Assembly: GCA_002633005.1 (NCBI GenBank)
Contig: NMRA01000395.1
Span: 230,994 to 294,993 of the forward strand
Direction: 5' to 3'
From: Phoronis australis
Lineage: Eukaryota; Animalia; Phoronida
DNA length: 64,000 bases
Shown: positions 1 through 11,725 of the stretch, one piece after another
How the letters are laid out: each line of letters starts with the position of its first letter
Position numbering within the stretch: position 1 is the first letter of the stretch
Made by a program: the position numbers and the translations under genes
The notes under the pieces: generated by a model
Told to the model about the DNA's origin: nothing
The model's input: the letters and a program-made list of their open reading frames with translations, nothing else
Databases searched by the model: none

Positions 1-974
1 AAGGTGAGGTCAACGCTTTTTTCCGGTTTAAAATTCATTCTCCATTCTTGTGACCAATAGCTTAGTTTATTTAAGTCGTGTTGGAGCTGCAAAGAACATT
101 CAGGGCTGCTCCCTGCGAAGGGGTAAAAAAGAACAAGAATAATTAGTCATCTTGTTCAAATCAAACACAATTAAATACACTTACAGCTGAAATGCTCCTA
201 AAACTATCTTACGTAATACAAAAAACATGCTCTGTAGTTAAAGATCATGTTTCTTTTTGTCTCAAAACTATCAACTGAAGGTGGTGACATGGACAAGAAG
301 ACAAGCAAGGTCCTGTGGAAAGTAGATATGTAACTCCGGGTTGGAAACACCGGTCAGCTTCCAGGCCCGTTGCATCGGACTGCAGGTCCTGTATTCTTGT
401 TAGACTACCCCTAGGACCACAAGAAGGAACGACTACCAAATCTGATTCAACTGACTTGTCATTTTTGAAATTGGTGGAGGATTTTCGTAGTCGCCGCAGA
501 CAGAGAGTGCCACAGGGTCCCAGTGTCTTTGTCCGGATTCATCTTAATCTTGGGACACCATGGAGTCCAGGGTATTGTACCTCAGACGGTACAGGGTGGG
601 AATTAACAAGACCACAAGTACACAGACCAGTGGATGAGCGAGCGAAATTGGGTCGCTGCAAGTTCAATCTTTCTTAGGTCTATATAGGTGTAAAGCTCGT
701 AACGCTAGGACGTCGCTAAAAAGCAAGAATTCATGAGATTACGTGATATATTGTATATTTTAATTGTAAGCACGTGATTTTGGCTAGATTTTTCTAGTCC
801 CAAGACAGCTACTGAACTCTACCCTAGCCTGCATCCAGGGGCGCAAGGGTGAGACTCTCACGAGTACGCAAGACTGAAGAATTCGAGAGGTATGGTCAGG
901 TATTGCAAGCAAAGCACACGATCACACTAGCTTCTTTAGCGAGATTCTTGCATCTGCGATGCATATCGGAGACC

Positions 975-1032
975 TAGGCAATGACCATCACCTCTGTTGG
1001 CCCGGCCCAACTGAGGTGATGGTCATTGCCTA
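975..1032. mobile_element. 58-bp foldback mini-element with 10-bp flanking direct repeat
   Basis: 26-bp arms (975-1000 and 1007-1032, one mismatch), 6-nt loop; ATCGGAGACC at 965-974 and 1033-1042. Confidence 0.65.
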
Positions 1033-2390
1033 ATCGGAGACCTAGGCCTACAGGGAATTTGTAAGGGTAGTGAAGTGTGGCTACATGGATGTACATTAGT
1101 TTTTGATATGTTTTATAGTACAGAGCAAAGTATTTTGCAGGCGAATGGGCACTTACACAACATAGACAGGGATGCCATGTCACTGTAACAATTGCGTGTG
1201 CGCCACGTGCCTTTTGTGCTGGGCTTTGTACTGCTAAACACGCAACGGCGTTCTTACGCGAATAAGCCCTTACCAAGAAAGCATTAGCAGCTGCACTGAA
1301 AAACAAAAGAGGTTTGAACTGCATACTTATTTTTAGGGAAAATTTTTCGTTTCAACCCAAAAATTGCATTGTCAGAAGCACTGAATGTTGTATGAAGTCA
1401 GTGGTGACTCCTTCCTTGCTAACTGTCCCATTCAAAATTATTAAGCAAGCCCAGAACGGTTACACGAAACTTATTGTCCGACGATAGTTAATCGACTGAA
1501 AAGGAAGAAGCATAAAACCTCCCGTGCACGACGCAGCCTCAGTCGCTGGGGCTCACACGGTGTGCGACTTAATTATGTTTGCTTTGTAACCAGCTTTACT
1601 TTGGCTCCGTCTCATTCGGCTGCCGCTGTTATTACCTACACTATTTTGGACGCGCGATATCCAACAGACAGACGTGGCTGTGTATGGGGGGGCCTAAACA
1701 AAAAGTATTTCTCCGAGATCGAGTCAAGGATAAAATACGGACACGTCGTCGGGAGATTTTAGCCACTGATAAGCGCATTTGCAAAGGCCAGGACGTTTTA
1801 AAAATAAAAAGTTTCGTAAACCCGCAAGTTGATGTCAGACGTGCAAGTTCAATGTCACAGTCGGAAGTCGAACAGCACGGTCTAATTAAACCAGAGCACA
1901 TATTATTGTCACGCTACAACAAAAAGTTGCAGTCTTTGGTGTATTTCCCATTTGAGTGTATTTTCATCAGAAATTTTCATCATGTGGGACTCGGTGATTC
2001 TTTTCATAGATAAAGCGTCAAACATAAGCTAAACGCATAGACAGTCGAGTTACGGTCGTGATATTGTCAAGACAAGGTAAAAATTACAGACCACGTTATA
2101 CCGATTCTGATTCTCGAATTCAAGCCATATAGAGTAGTTATTGTACATTGAATGCGTTAGTGACACGAGAGTTGCGTTGATCCGAAATTAGCGTTTCTAA
2201 AATTTTCCTTGTCCGAAAGTCGCGGGACAGAAATCTGACGTATGACATTGTCCGAAATTTAAGGATCATTGAAAAACAGTTTTTGGACCTTACACGAATT
2301 TCATGGAATATGATGAAAAACTCATTTCGGAAATATTTATTCTTGTCCCAAAATGGTGGGCCGTTCGAAAATCGCGCAACTTTACCGTAG

Positions 2391-5023
2391 CAGGGCTCGA
2401 CATATCGAGCTGCAGGTCGCATTTGCGACCTGAAATTTGGAAATGCGACCTGGAATTTTCAACGTATGCGAGCTGAGTTTTTACACTTCTTGACAGATAC
2501 ATCGCAAATATAAAGCAACTCTTGTGAATCCGACCGTTATTTGGTTGTTGCCAAATCCAAGTTCAAAAGAACACTAAAGCCTTGGTCACAACCCGCCGTA
2601 CGTGCAAGTGCGTGCTGTCTACGTGTTAAAACGTGGGGGAAATTTGGCGATCCGTACGTGGCAAGTACGGCCTCCGTGCGTTTTGGTGAATACGCAGGAG
2701 AACGCAGACACGACGTAGCACTTTTAGTGCATGCAGAACTTTCTCTGCGTGCAAGCTGCGTTCGCATTTACAGATTCATGGCAGTACGTGTGACGTACGT
2801 CCTCCCTGCGCTTGCCACTCCCTACTCACGTTTTCAGAAAAACGTGGTGCCCGTGGCGTCCGCAGAAAACGTACGAACAATAAACACGCACGGCGGGTTG
2901 TGACCATAGCTTAAGCGAGAGCAACCCTCCCGATGACTTGTAAACAAGTCGTGTGAACATGAGATATGCAGAATCGATCTTTGACGCGTTTCATTGGCTA
3001 ACATTTACAGCTACTTTTGTAAATTTCCGGATTTGCCGAAGAAAGTTTCGGGCCACTGCATAACAGCGGTGTTTCTATTCTTAAGTGATCAACTTACCAA
3101 ACTTTGTGATGGAGAAAATATGTTTATTTTTCGCGTAACATGTCCTTATAACATGTACCAAATATCCACGATAATATCCCTGATATCGCACTGCGGCACT
3201 GGTCGTCACTTAGAGATGTACGTCTGTTTTTTTTTTTATCGCATAAGACAGCCAAAGTGAAAATGGCAACTCTATTAATCGCCAAACGACGGTCACGTCT
3301 TTACTTTCAGTTGCCTTGAAATTCTCTAACTCCTTTACTTGTTTCTCGGACTACGTGCGCGAAATATGATTTGTCATTCACACGTTGTTGCCAACTTAAA
3401 GTATAGGCCTACTCCAGCGATTCAAGTGCGTGAACTCGCTCATGTGCACCACTTCAAAGCTGCACATCAAAAGAGAACAATGACAGTCCTAAATGCAAGG
3501 GTATACCGGCTTGTCTCTGTTATTAGCACCCGGGTACGTGCCAGTGGTTCTATTGGAATATGAACTCATAGATTCCCGGCGGTTATAAAAGACCCGATGC
3601 TGTACAATATTCTCCTGGACCGATATAACCCAGAACTGATATTTTCCTGTGACTATGCATGCGCGCACCCAGCCTTCAATATGGGGGGGGCTCGTATTCC
3701 TAATGTTGTGGATCTTTTGGTAACAAAACAGCCGGCAGACTAAAAGAAAAGGCGGACGCACCACTCTGAATTGCGCATTTGTACTTGTTTAGCTGACTTT
3801 TGTCTCATTTTCTCGGATTTTTTTGTTTCTCACAGGCGGTCTTTTTTGTCCACTTTGCCCTGGGTGCGCGCATGCGATGCTTCCCGAGGTCGATGTTGCC
3901 TATATTCTATGCCCGTAGCCAGCTATTGCAACTAACCGGGTACTAGCGGTTAATGACTGTGCTCACGCACAAGTCTAATCCCTACCTTTGAAGTGTTTCA
4001 TAATAAGCACTCGCTGACCTACTAAGCGTTCCCCCTCAACTTTTGAGAATTTCCAATTAAGCGCCCACAGTTCAGGCTAGCGCCCATCATAGCGTACTAC
4101 AAATGACCGCGCGTGGTTTAAAATTGACACTCAGCCTGTATTAAGAGTGTCACTCTCATTTTACACAACAAAAATTGTGTTTTCTCAATATGTGAAAACC
4201 AAATCCCGGCTTTGTTTCATACCTCCAAAAGAAAGTTAACACTAGTGACATGCGTGTCGTTTTGTGACTGACCTATTTGTCACGCACTTGGAAGGTACTA
4301 AGGAGCAAACTCGAGTTAACCGATGGAAACCCGCACGGTGACGGGAATTATTTCGAAGCTATTCATTTCATGGAAAACTAATTGTTGAGTACGCAAACAG
4401 CATAAGTGTCACATTTTTGTTGTGAAATTTGCACTGAATTGTTCCCGTGCATTCAAATACGTCATTTGGTTAGAGCACCGTTATACGGATTTTTTTCGAC
4501 AGATGTTTTTCAAACGTCGAGTTAAGTTGCTAAATTTTGGCTGCAAACGAAAAGTGGAGGGAATTAGCACGCCTAACAACTTTGATGACACCCAGTAGCA
4601 GGTGAGACCTAACAAAATCGTGGATACTTTTTCAACGGGCATTTTCTTCCTTTTCACATAGAAAACTTAGCTGCTCGATTGCACGTTTCAGTTAGAGAGC
4701 ACTGATTCAACTTTCACGTGGACAACTTGCCGTGCGCTCTAGAGCCTTTCAATGGCGTTCGTGAAGAACGTTAATGCCGTACCTGCATGAACGAACTCAA
4801 TTTTGCGATCTGCAATTTGTGAGTGTTTAACGCCTTAGGGAAGAGCATATTATTATTCTAAACATTTCTTGATTATCTAAAAAGTCAATTTTGGCATGTA
4901 AAAATGGCGAGAAAATTTTGCGACCTGGCATTTATGAATGCGAGCTGGATTTTGAAAATGCGACCTGGGATATTGGCTTGATCGCAAATTGCGACCTGGC
5001 AATTTTAATAGCGTCGAGCCCTG
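2391..5023. mobile_element. Non-autonomous hAT-like DNA transposon with 5-bp TSD (hAT5-like)
   Basis: 11-bp TIR CAGGGCTCGAC...GTCGAGCCCTG; CGTAG on both flanks (2386-2390, 5024-5028); repeated GCGACCTG subterminal motifs at both ends; no transposase ORF. Confidence 0.8.
2578..2911. mobile_element. PIF/Harbinger-type MITE nested in the hAT element
   Basis: ~27-bp TIR AGCCTTGGTCACAACCCGCCGTACGTG (3 mismatches to the other end); TAA at 2575-2577 and 2912-2914. Confidence 0.8.
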
Positions 5024-5030
5024 CGTAGTA

Positions 5031-5502
5031 AGATGACGCTAGTGGCCATTTTTACCGTTTTCAAGTCTGTTTTTGGCATCCGCCCTTGTATTAACCAAAT
5101 CACTCTTGGGATGATTGTGAAAATTGGCATATTTTTATCATGTTCTTACTCTGAAGAGGGCAGGTGACGATTATTTTCCAAGAACTTCCACTACTGTGGC
5201 ACCTCCTAGTGGCAGTTTTTTTATGCCCATGGCTATGTCTCCTAAACCCTCTAGAGGATCTTTATTGAATTTAGCTGGTGTATTTATTTGAAGTTGACAA
5301 GGAACGACGACAACTTTGAGACGGTTCTGACAAAGACTGTGGCAATTTCATTTTTTTTCCATTTTCCTCTGTTTCTCTGAACCTGCTAAATTGGCGGATT
5401 TTTATGAATAGCTTTCTATTAAAACGATGACATGTTCCTTTTTGGGAAGCACACCGTTTTTGATGCATTTGTGGGCCCATTTCAAGGTTCCACATTGTTC
5501 TT
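5031..5502 (+). mobile_element. HINE (non-autonomous Helentron) family, 5'-truncated copy
   Basis: Internal repeat subunits and degenerate 3' end gtgggcccatttcaaggttccacattgttc. Confidence 0.7.
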
Positions 5503-7267
5503 TTTACTATTGTTGCGTTGTTAATGGACTCTGGAAAATAACAGGGACAACATTATAATTTTGAACATCTGTTGCATAGTTTTGTCAACATTCGAGAATG
5601 AAAAAATAAGCGCGAGAGCTGTATTGAAAAGTGGTTCATGTAGATAAAAGCTGGCGCCTGGGTCTGTACCAAAACATGAGGGTGAAATGTTCTTCCCAAC
5701 ACATAAGTCAGGAATGCAGTTTTCGTCAGATGGGAGCGGTAACACCTAATGATGTTTTTGTTTTTCAGTCGAATGGAAAATTGGGCATCCTACAAATTCA
5801 GTGAAACATTTTATTTTCATTATAGTGTAATGGGATGATAGAGCTATGTCAAATGGAAATCGCAATAGCATTGTGTTAATATATCAGTTTTTGAGTTTGT
5901 CTAAAAGCGAGACATTTTGATCGTGTAGTACATAAAAATTCAAAACGTGGTATAGTCTGCCGATAGTGAGACAGTTGTCAAGTTCAATGTGTGCTGTCAG
6001 CAACACTAAGTGTTAGATTGGATTTTTTGCAAGGTACACTTTACTTGTAAATTATATTTTACTGGTATGGGTCAATACAACATAACATTACTGCACAGAA
6101 ATTGAATAAATATTGTATTTAGGCAACAAATAAACATTGTACAAAGGACTTATAATTTCACAAGCAGTAGATAACAGTAATATACTTATGCATAATTATG
6201 CATAATTATACACCATGCTCATTTGATCTAATAGTCAATAGTGCCATTTACACTTCAAAAGTTGTCATGGATCAGCTCAGTGACAATAATATTGGAATGA
6301 GATGTTCCAGCGCAAGTATGTGTGGACTTAATGGAGCAAATTGACACAGCGGTATCAACCTTGAGGTAAAGCAATTTGTGCTCGATCATCTTGCTCCATG
6401 TCTAAACGCGAAACTGGTAAGGTGGAAAGAATCATCTCTACTGCACTTGTATACTGACCTCACATACGGTTATCTGTATCTCTGCAACTCCCGCATGAGC
6501 GTTTCACTCTCCAGCCTACAACTTCAATCTTACCACAGTTAATGAGTTGTGTGTGTAAACGGTTGCTTGACAACGATCAATTTGCTGTGTGTCAGTTGGG
6601 CCGGGCCAAAAGTTGATGTCTAAATGGGATTAATATTCCATATTTTCAGTGCAACGCTATATGTATGTGTAAGAAGAGCTTGAGAAACGTTTCTGTCACC
6701 AAATGGGAACTTTCTCTTTTATAACGGAATATTAAGGAACTGTTACGGTTTTTCAATAGCCTAAGACCATACAAGTGTAATTATGCAGTGAACGTTGTAT
6801 TTCTTTCCTCCTATGTGACCATTCACTAACTTCATTGAGCGCTGTATTCAAACAATTAATCGGCGAATGTAAAAATATTGTAGAAATTTCAAACCTCATC
6901 ATTTTTTAGAACTTGGGGGAAACTTGTTTCCAAGCAACACACTAATTTTCACCAATCATATCAATCTACCTTGAAATCCAGAACATTAAACATTTTCACT
7001 GAGCATCCTGCTTTCACTGCACTAATACTCAGTAAAATTCCATCCCTGCTAGTCACCAGAGCGAAATGCTGCCCATTATTGTTAAATGCACGTGAAGCTT
7101 GTGATATGAAATCCATGTACATTTATTAAATGTAGATCATGTGCCGCAAGACTGTCGTCATTGGTTGCATGATATGTCCTGCTTGAAACTAAATTTTAAC
7201 ATCATTAGAGTACGAATTTACCTGTATTTACTTGGTTTGAACTCCCGCCACTAAGTTAGTTTTGTTT

Positions 7268-9435
7268 ATTATGCTGTCATCTCCGTCTGTCCGGCATCCG
7301 TCCGGTGTCCAGTGTCCGGCATCCGTTGCTCTATCTCCTAAAGGCTTTGACGTGCGTTCATGAAATTTTGCACTTATGTTTCTATCATGGATGGGACTAC
7401 ATGAGCGAACTTTCGGACGGATCCGACTACCGGTGTGTCCCCTAGTGGCAATTTTAGTTTTTTACGCTTACCTCTATATCATCAAAGGTCCTAAACGTAT
7501 TTTCATAAATTTGGCATATAGGCATCTATTGGTGAGATGATGCTATCCTTCTGCTTTTGGATGGATTCGACGTAATTTGCACCACATGGTGGCCATTTTT
7601 GATGTTTTCGAGTCTGTTTTTGGCATCCACCCCTCTATCAACCAAACCACTCTAAGGATGATTGTGGAAATTCGCATGTATGTTTTTATTATGAAAAATA
7701 TGGCTGACAATGATTTTGTGACAATTTTGAATACTCTGGTGCCTCCTAGTGGCAGTTTTTTTTCTTTTTGCGCCCATGGTTGTATTTCCTAAACTGTTGG
7801 CAGGAACTTTACTAGATTCTGCAAGTGTATTTATATGATGTTGACAATGAATGATGACGACTTTCCGACGGATTTGACTACGGTGTGTCCCCTACTGGCA
7901 GTTTAATTTTTTTACGTTTACCCCTGTATCTTCAAAGGTCCTCAAGGTATTTTCAAAAAATTTGGAATATAGGCACCTATTAGTGAGATGACGCTATCCT
8001 CTCGTTTTTGGATGGATTCAACGTAGTTTACACCACCTAGTGGCCATTTTTACTGTGGTTCAGTATAAGGATGATTGTGGAAATTGGCATGTATGTTCTT
8101 ATTATGAACAGGATGGCTGACGATGATTTTTCGACAATTTCGACTTCTGTGGTGCCTCCTAGTGGTAGTTTTGTCTCTTTTTGCGCCCATGGCTGTATCT
8201 CCTAAACAGTTGGCAGGATCTTTACTAAATTCTGCAAGCGTATTTATATGATGTTGACAAGGGATGACAAGTTTCGGACAGATCTGACTACCGGTGTGCC
8301 CCCTAGTGGCAATTTATGTTTTTTACGTTTACCTCTGTATGTTGATAGGTCCTCAACGTATTTTCATAAATTTGAAATATAGACACCTATTAGTGAGATG
8401 AAGCTATCCTCCCATTTTTGGATGGATATGACATAGTTTGCGCCACCTAGTGGTCATTTTTACTGTGGTTCAGTCTGTTTTTTGGTGTCCACCCCTTTAT
8501 CAACCAAACCCCATCAAGGATGATTGTGAAAATTGGCATGTATGTTCTTACTATGAAGTTGACGAATTACCAATGACTTCGACTAACTGTGGCGCGTACT
8601 AGTGCCAGTTTTTTGCGCCCATGGCTGTATCTCCTAAACGGTTTGCAGCATCTTTCATCTTTGCTAAATTTAACAAGTGTATTTATATGATGTTAACAAC
8701 GGATGACAACAACTTTCGGACGGATCTGACAACCAGTGTGCCTCGTAGTGGCAATTTTCATTTTTTAGGCTTACCTCTGTATCTTCAAAGGTCCTCAATG
8801 GATAATCAGAAAGTTTGGAATATAGGCATTTATTGTTGAGATGATGCTATCCTCCGGCTGTGGGATGGAATCGATTAACTTTTACACCACCTGGTGGCCA
8901 TTAATCCTTTTTTCGAGTCTTGTTTTTTGGCGTCCACCCCTCGATCAACCATTCTGAGGATGACTTTGAAAATTGGTATATGGTATATGTTCTCAGTGTG
9001 AAGAGGACGATTGACAATAACGCATTCGACTACTGTAGTGCCTCCTAGTGGTAGTTTTGTTTTGTTTTGTTTTGTGCCCATAGCTGCTCCTAAACCACTG
9101 CAGTATCTTTATTAAATTTATTAAATTTAGTGATTGTATTTATATGAAGCTAACAACAGATGACGACGTCTTTCAGGTGGATCCAATGAAGGCTGAAGTG
9201 GCAATTTCATTATTTTTTGTTTTCCTTTGTTTCTCTGAAGTTCCTGGACAGATTTTTATGAAACTTGCTAAGTAGCTTTCTATTAAAGAAGCGATGGCAT
9301 GTACCCATTTTCAGATGGATTGGATGTTTTTTTCACCCTCTTGTGGCTATTTTTATGAAACAGTAAACAACCTTAGAATCACTTTGTTTGCGGTGTATTC
9401 GTGAGCGCATTTCAATGCTCCGCATTGCTCTTGTT
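7268..9435 (+). mobile_element. HINE family copy with about 4 internal ~450-bp repeats
   Basis: GTCC microsatellite near 5' end, tandem core repeats, 3' subTIR GTGAGCGCAT followed by hairpin CAATGCTCCGCATTG and ctcttgtt. Confidence 0.8.
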
Positions 9436-10032
9436 TGCCACTAGGAGCACTAGTTTTTCGACTGATAACCATTGCGGCGAATGACAAGAATGGCAGATTG
9501 ATGCCTCCTATTGTGCTACACTCTTTTGTATTTTTGATATATTATGGACATCCACTTTGACAAGAGAAAGTTGGATAAGTTGAATAGTTGCCATGGGTGC
9601 ATCGGATGTTAGTTTGTTGCTTTTCTGACAAAGGCAAGAAGATCCAAGCGAGTGGATAAAGCAATTTGTCGCGTTAATTTTGAGCCAAAAACACAACCCC
9701 CTTTCTTGTACCTTTCAATTCTGGTACTTTTTAAGTATCAGTCCACGGATCCACCGACCACAGTACAGCCAACAAGCGGCAAGGTGGGGGGTCAACCATT
9801 CAAATCCATGTTTAGTCTGATAAATCACTTTAGGGATGAGAGAAAATGGGTGAAGTATGACACCACAAAGTTTGGTGGTTTAGGAGATAGAAGGGAAGTG
9901 TTCTGGGGGGCAAAATGAGGCAATTTCTTGGTGTGGAATGAGTCATTTTTGACCAAATTTTCTACTCCAGTTTCTGCTTCAAACAGAATCGTTTCTGAAC
10001 AATTTTGATATCACATGATAGGTTCATGACCA

Positions 10033-10292
10033 NNNNNNNNNNNNNNNNNNNNNNNNNNNNNNNNNNNNNNNNNNNNNNNNNNNNNNNNNNNNNNNNNNNN
10101 NNNNNNNNNNNNNNNNNNNNNNNNNNNNNNNNNNNNNNNNNNNNNNNNNNNNNNNNNNNNNNNNNNNNNNNNNNNNNNNNNNNNNNNNNNNNNNNNNNNN
10201 NNNNNNNNNNNNNNNNNNNNNNNNNNNNNNNNNNNNNNNNNNNNNNNNNNNNNNNNNNNNNNNNNNNNNNNNNNNNNNNNNNNNNNNNNNNN
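10033..10292. other. Assembly gap (260 N)
   Basis: Run of N abutting a minisatellite. Confidence 0.99.
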
Positions 10293-10691
10293 GTGTTTAT
10301 GGACTTAGTGACATTGATTACCTATTGTATGTTCATACCTGTTGCAGCTGTGTTTATGGACTTAGTGACATTGATTACCTATTGTATGTTCATACCTGTT
10401 GCAGCTGTGTTTATGGACTTAGTGACATTGATTACCTATTGTATGTTCATACCTGTTGCAGCTGTGTTTATGGACTTAGTGACATTGATTACCTATTGTA
10501 TGTTCATACCTGTTGCAGCTGTGTTTATGGACTTAGTGACATTGATTACCTGTTGTATGTTCATACCTGCTGTAGCTGTGTTTATGGACTTAGTGACATT
10601 GATTACCTATTGTATGTTCATACCTGCTGTAGCTGTGCTTATGGACTTAGTGACATTGATTACCTATTGTATGTTCATACCTGTAGCAGCT
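10293..10691. repeat. 57-bp minisatellite, 7 copies visible
   Basis: GTGTTTATGGACTTAGTGACATTGATTACCTATTGTATGTTCATACCTGTTGCAGCT. Confidence 0.95.
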
Positions 10692-11709
10692 TAACTCCTA
10701 TCCAGCTGCCTGTATTGTTAAGTCTTGAGTTATATTTACAAACATCCCAGCCCAAGCTTCTCCCCCATTGGTTAGTTATGTATTCGGTGCACATTCTGAT
10801 TGGTCGAATAGGTTCACTTGCTTGTTATACCTGGTATATGTAATATGGTTTTACTATCACACCAGTAGCTTTTAAGACATCATATTGATCACATGTTTTT
10901 CTCTTGGAACCACCTGCACTACAAAACCAACAGTGACCGACATTCCAAAGCTAATAAGTCTATGAAAATATTTATTAAACTTGCTTTTTGACCTCTGGGA
11001 TAAAGGAGAGTTTCATTGTGTAATTCTGGACAGCCCTACTGATTGCCATCTAGTTACAGTACAACTATGACAGTGCTCCTGACATGTTTGTTATCTTGTC
11101 TGTGCAGTGAACTAGTTTCAGGATTACTATCAAATCTCATTGTGACCCTGACATGCTTATCTGTGCAATGGAGTTCCAGCTACTCTCAGATCACACCCTG
11201 ACCTTGACCCCGTAATATAGTTATGAAATGAAGCACTAAGTTTCTCCAAAATCTTACTTTTTTATTTTTGTTGTTTTCATTTGGTGAATTCCAATTGGTT
11301 TCTAACAGTAAAGTTTAATTAAATTCGAACGTCATTTTTGATTTTTCAAATACACACTGTATTGCCAAAGATGTTCAAAATTTCATTGCGTATTTGTTGA
11401 TCACAGCTATACTAAATGAAGTTTTCAAATAATGAGATATGTAAAACTGTCTTCTTGTTTACCCTTTTGAAAAATTTGATAAATAAATGTACAATTTACT
11501 GTTTCACCATTTTGTGTAATCTAATTTAAGACAATTTACTCTACTTGTCTGTGTCTGTTTTGTCTACTTGTTCACACTACAGGTTGAAAGTTTTTCCAAT
11601 TTACATGAAATTTTATCCTTGATATGCATGTGCATAGTTTCATAGTTGCATAAGTTCTTTTTATTTTCTTGTTGTATCCCATGGTTCAAATGTTTGTTTT
11701 CCTTTCCAG

Positions 11710-11725
11710 GCTCTATCTGCAGCTG
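11710..11725 (+). CDS. Candidate 16-nt microexon (ALSAA-G), possible end of signal peptide
   Basis: ttttcctttccag|GCTCTATCTGCAGCTG|gtgagt; phase 0 to 1, joins in frame to exon 14398 giving ALSAAGNSSLSTT. Confidence 0.45.

Noticed and set aside
245-2013. Short ORFs near the window start as a separate gene or first exon
   Set aside because: No recognisable domain, signal peptide or convincing exon structure
10005-10843. 229-aa and 172-aa repetitive ORFs
   Set aside because: Artefacts of a 57-bp (multiple of 3) minisatellite and an N gap; no fitting splice sites
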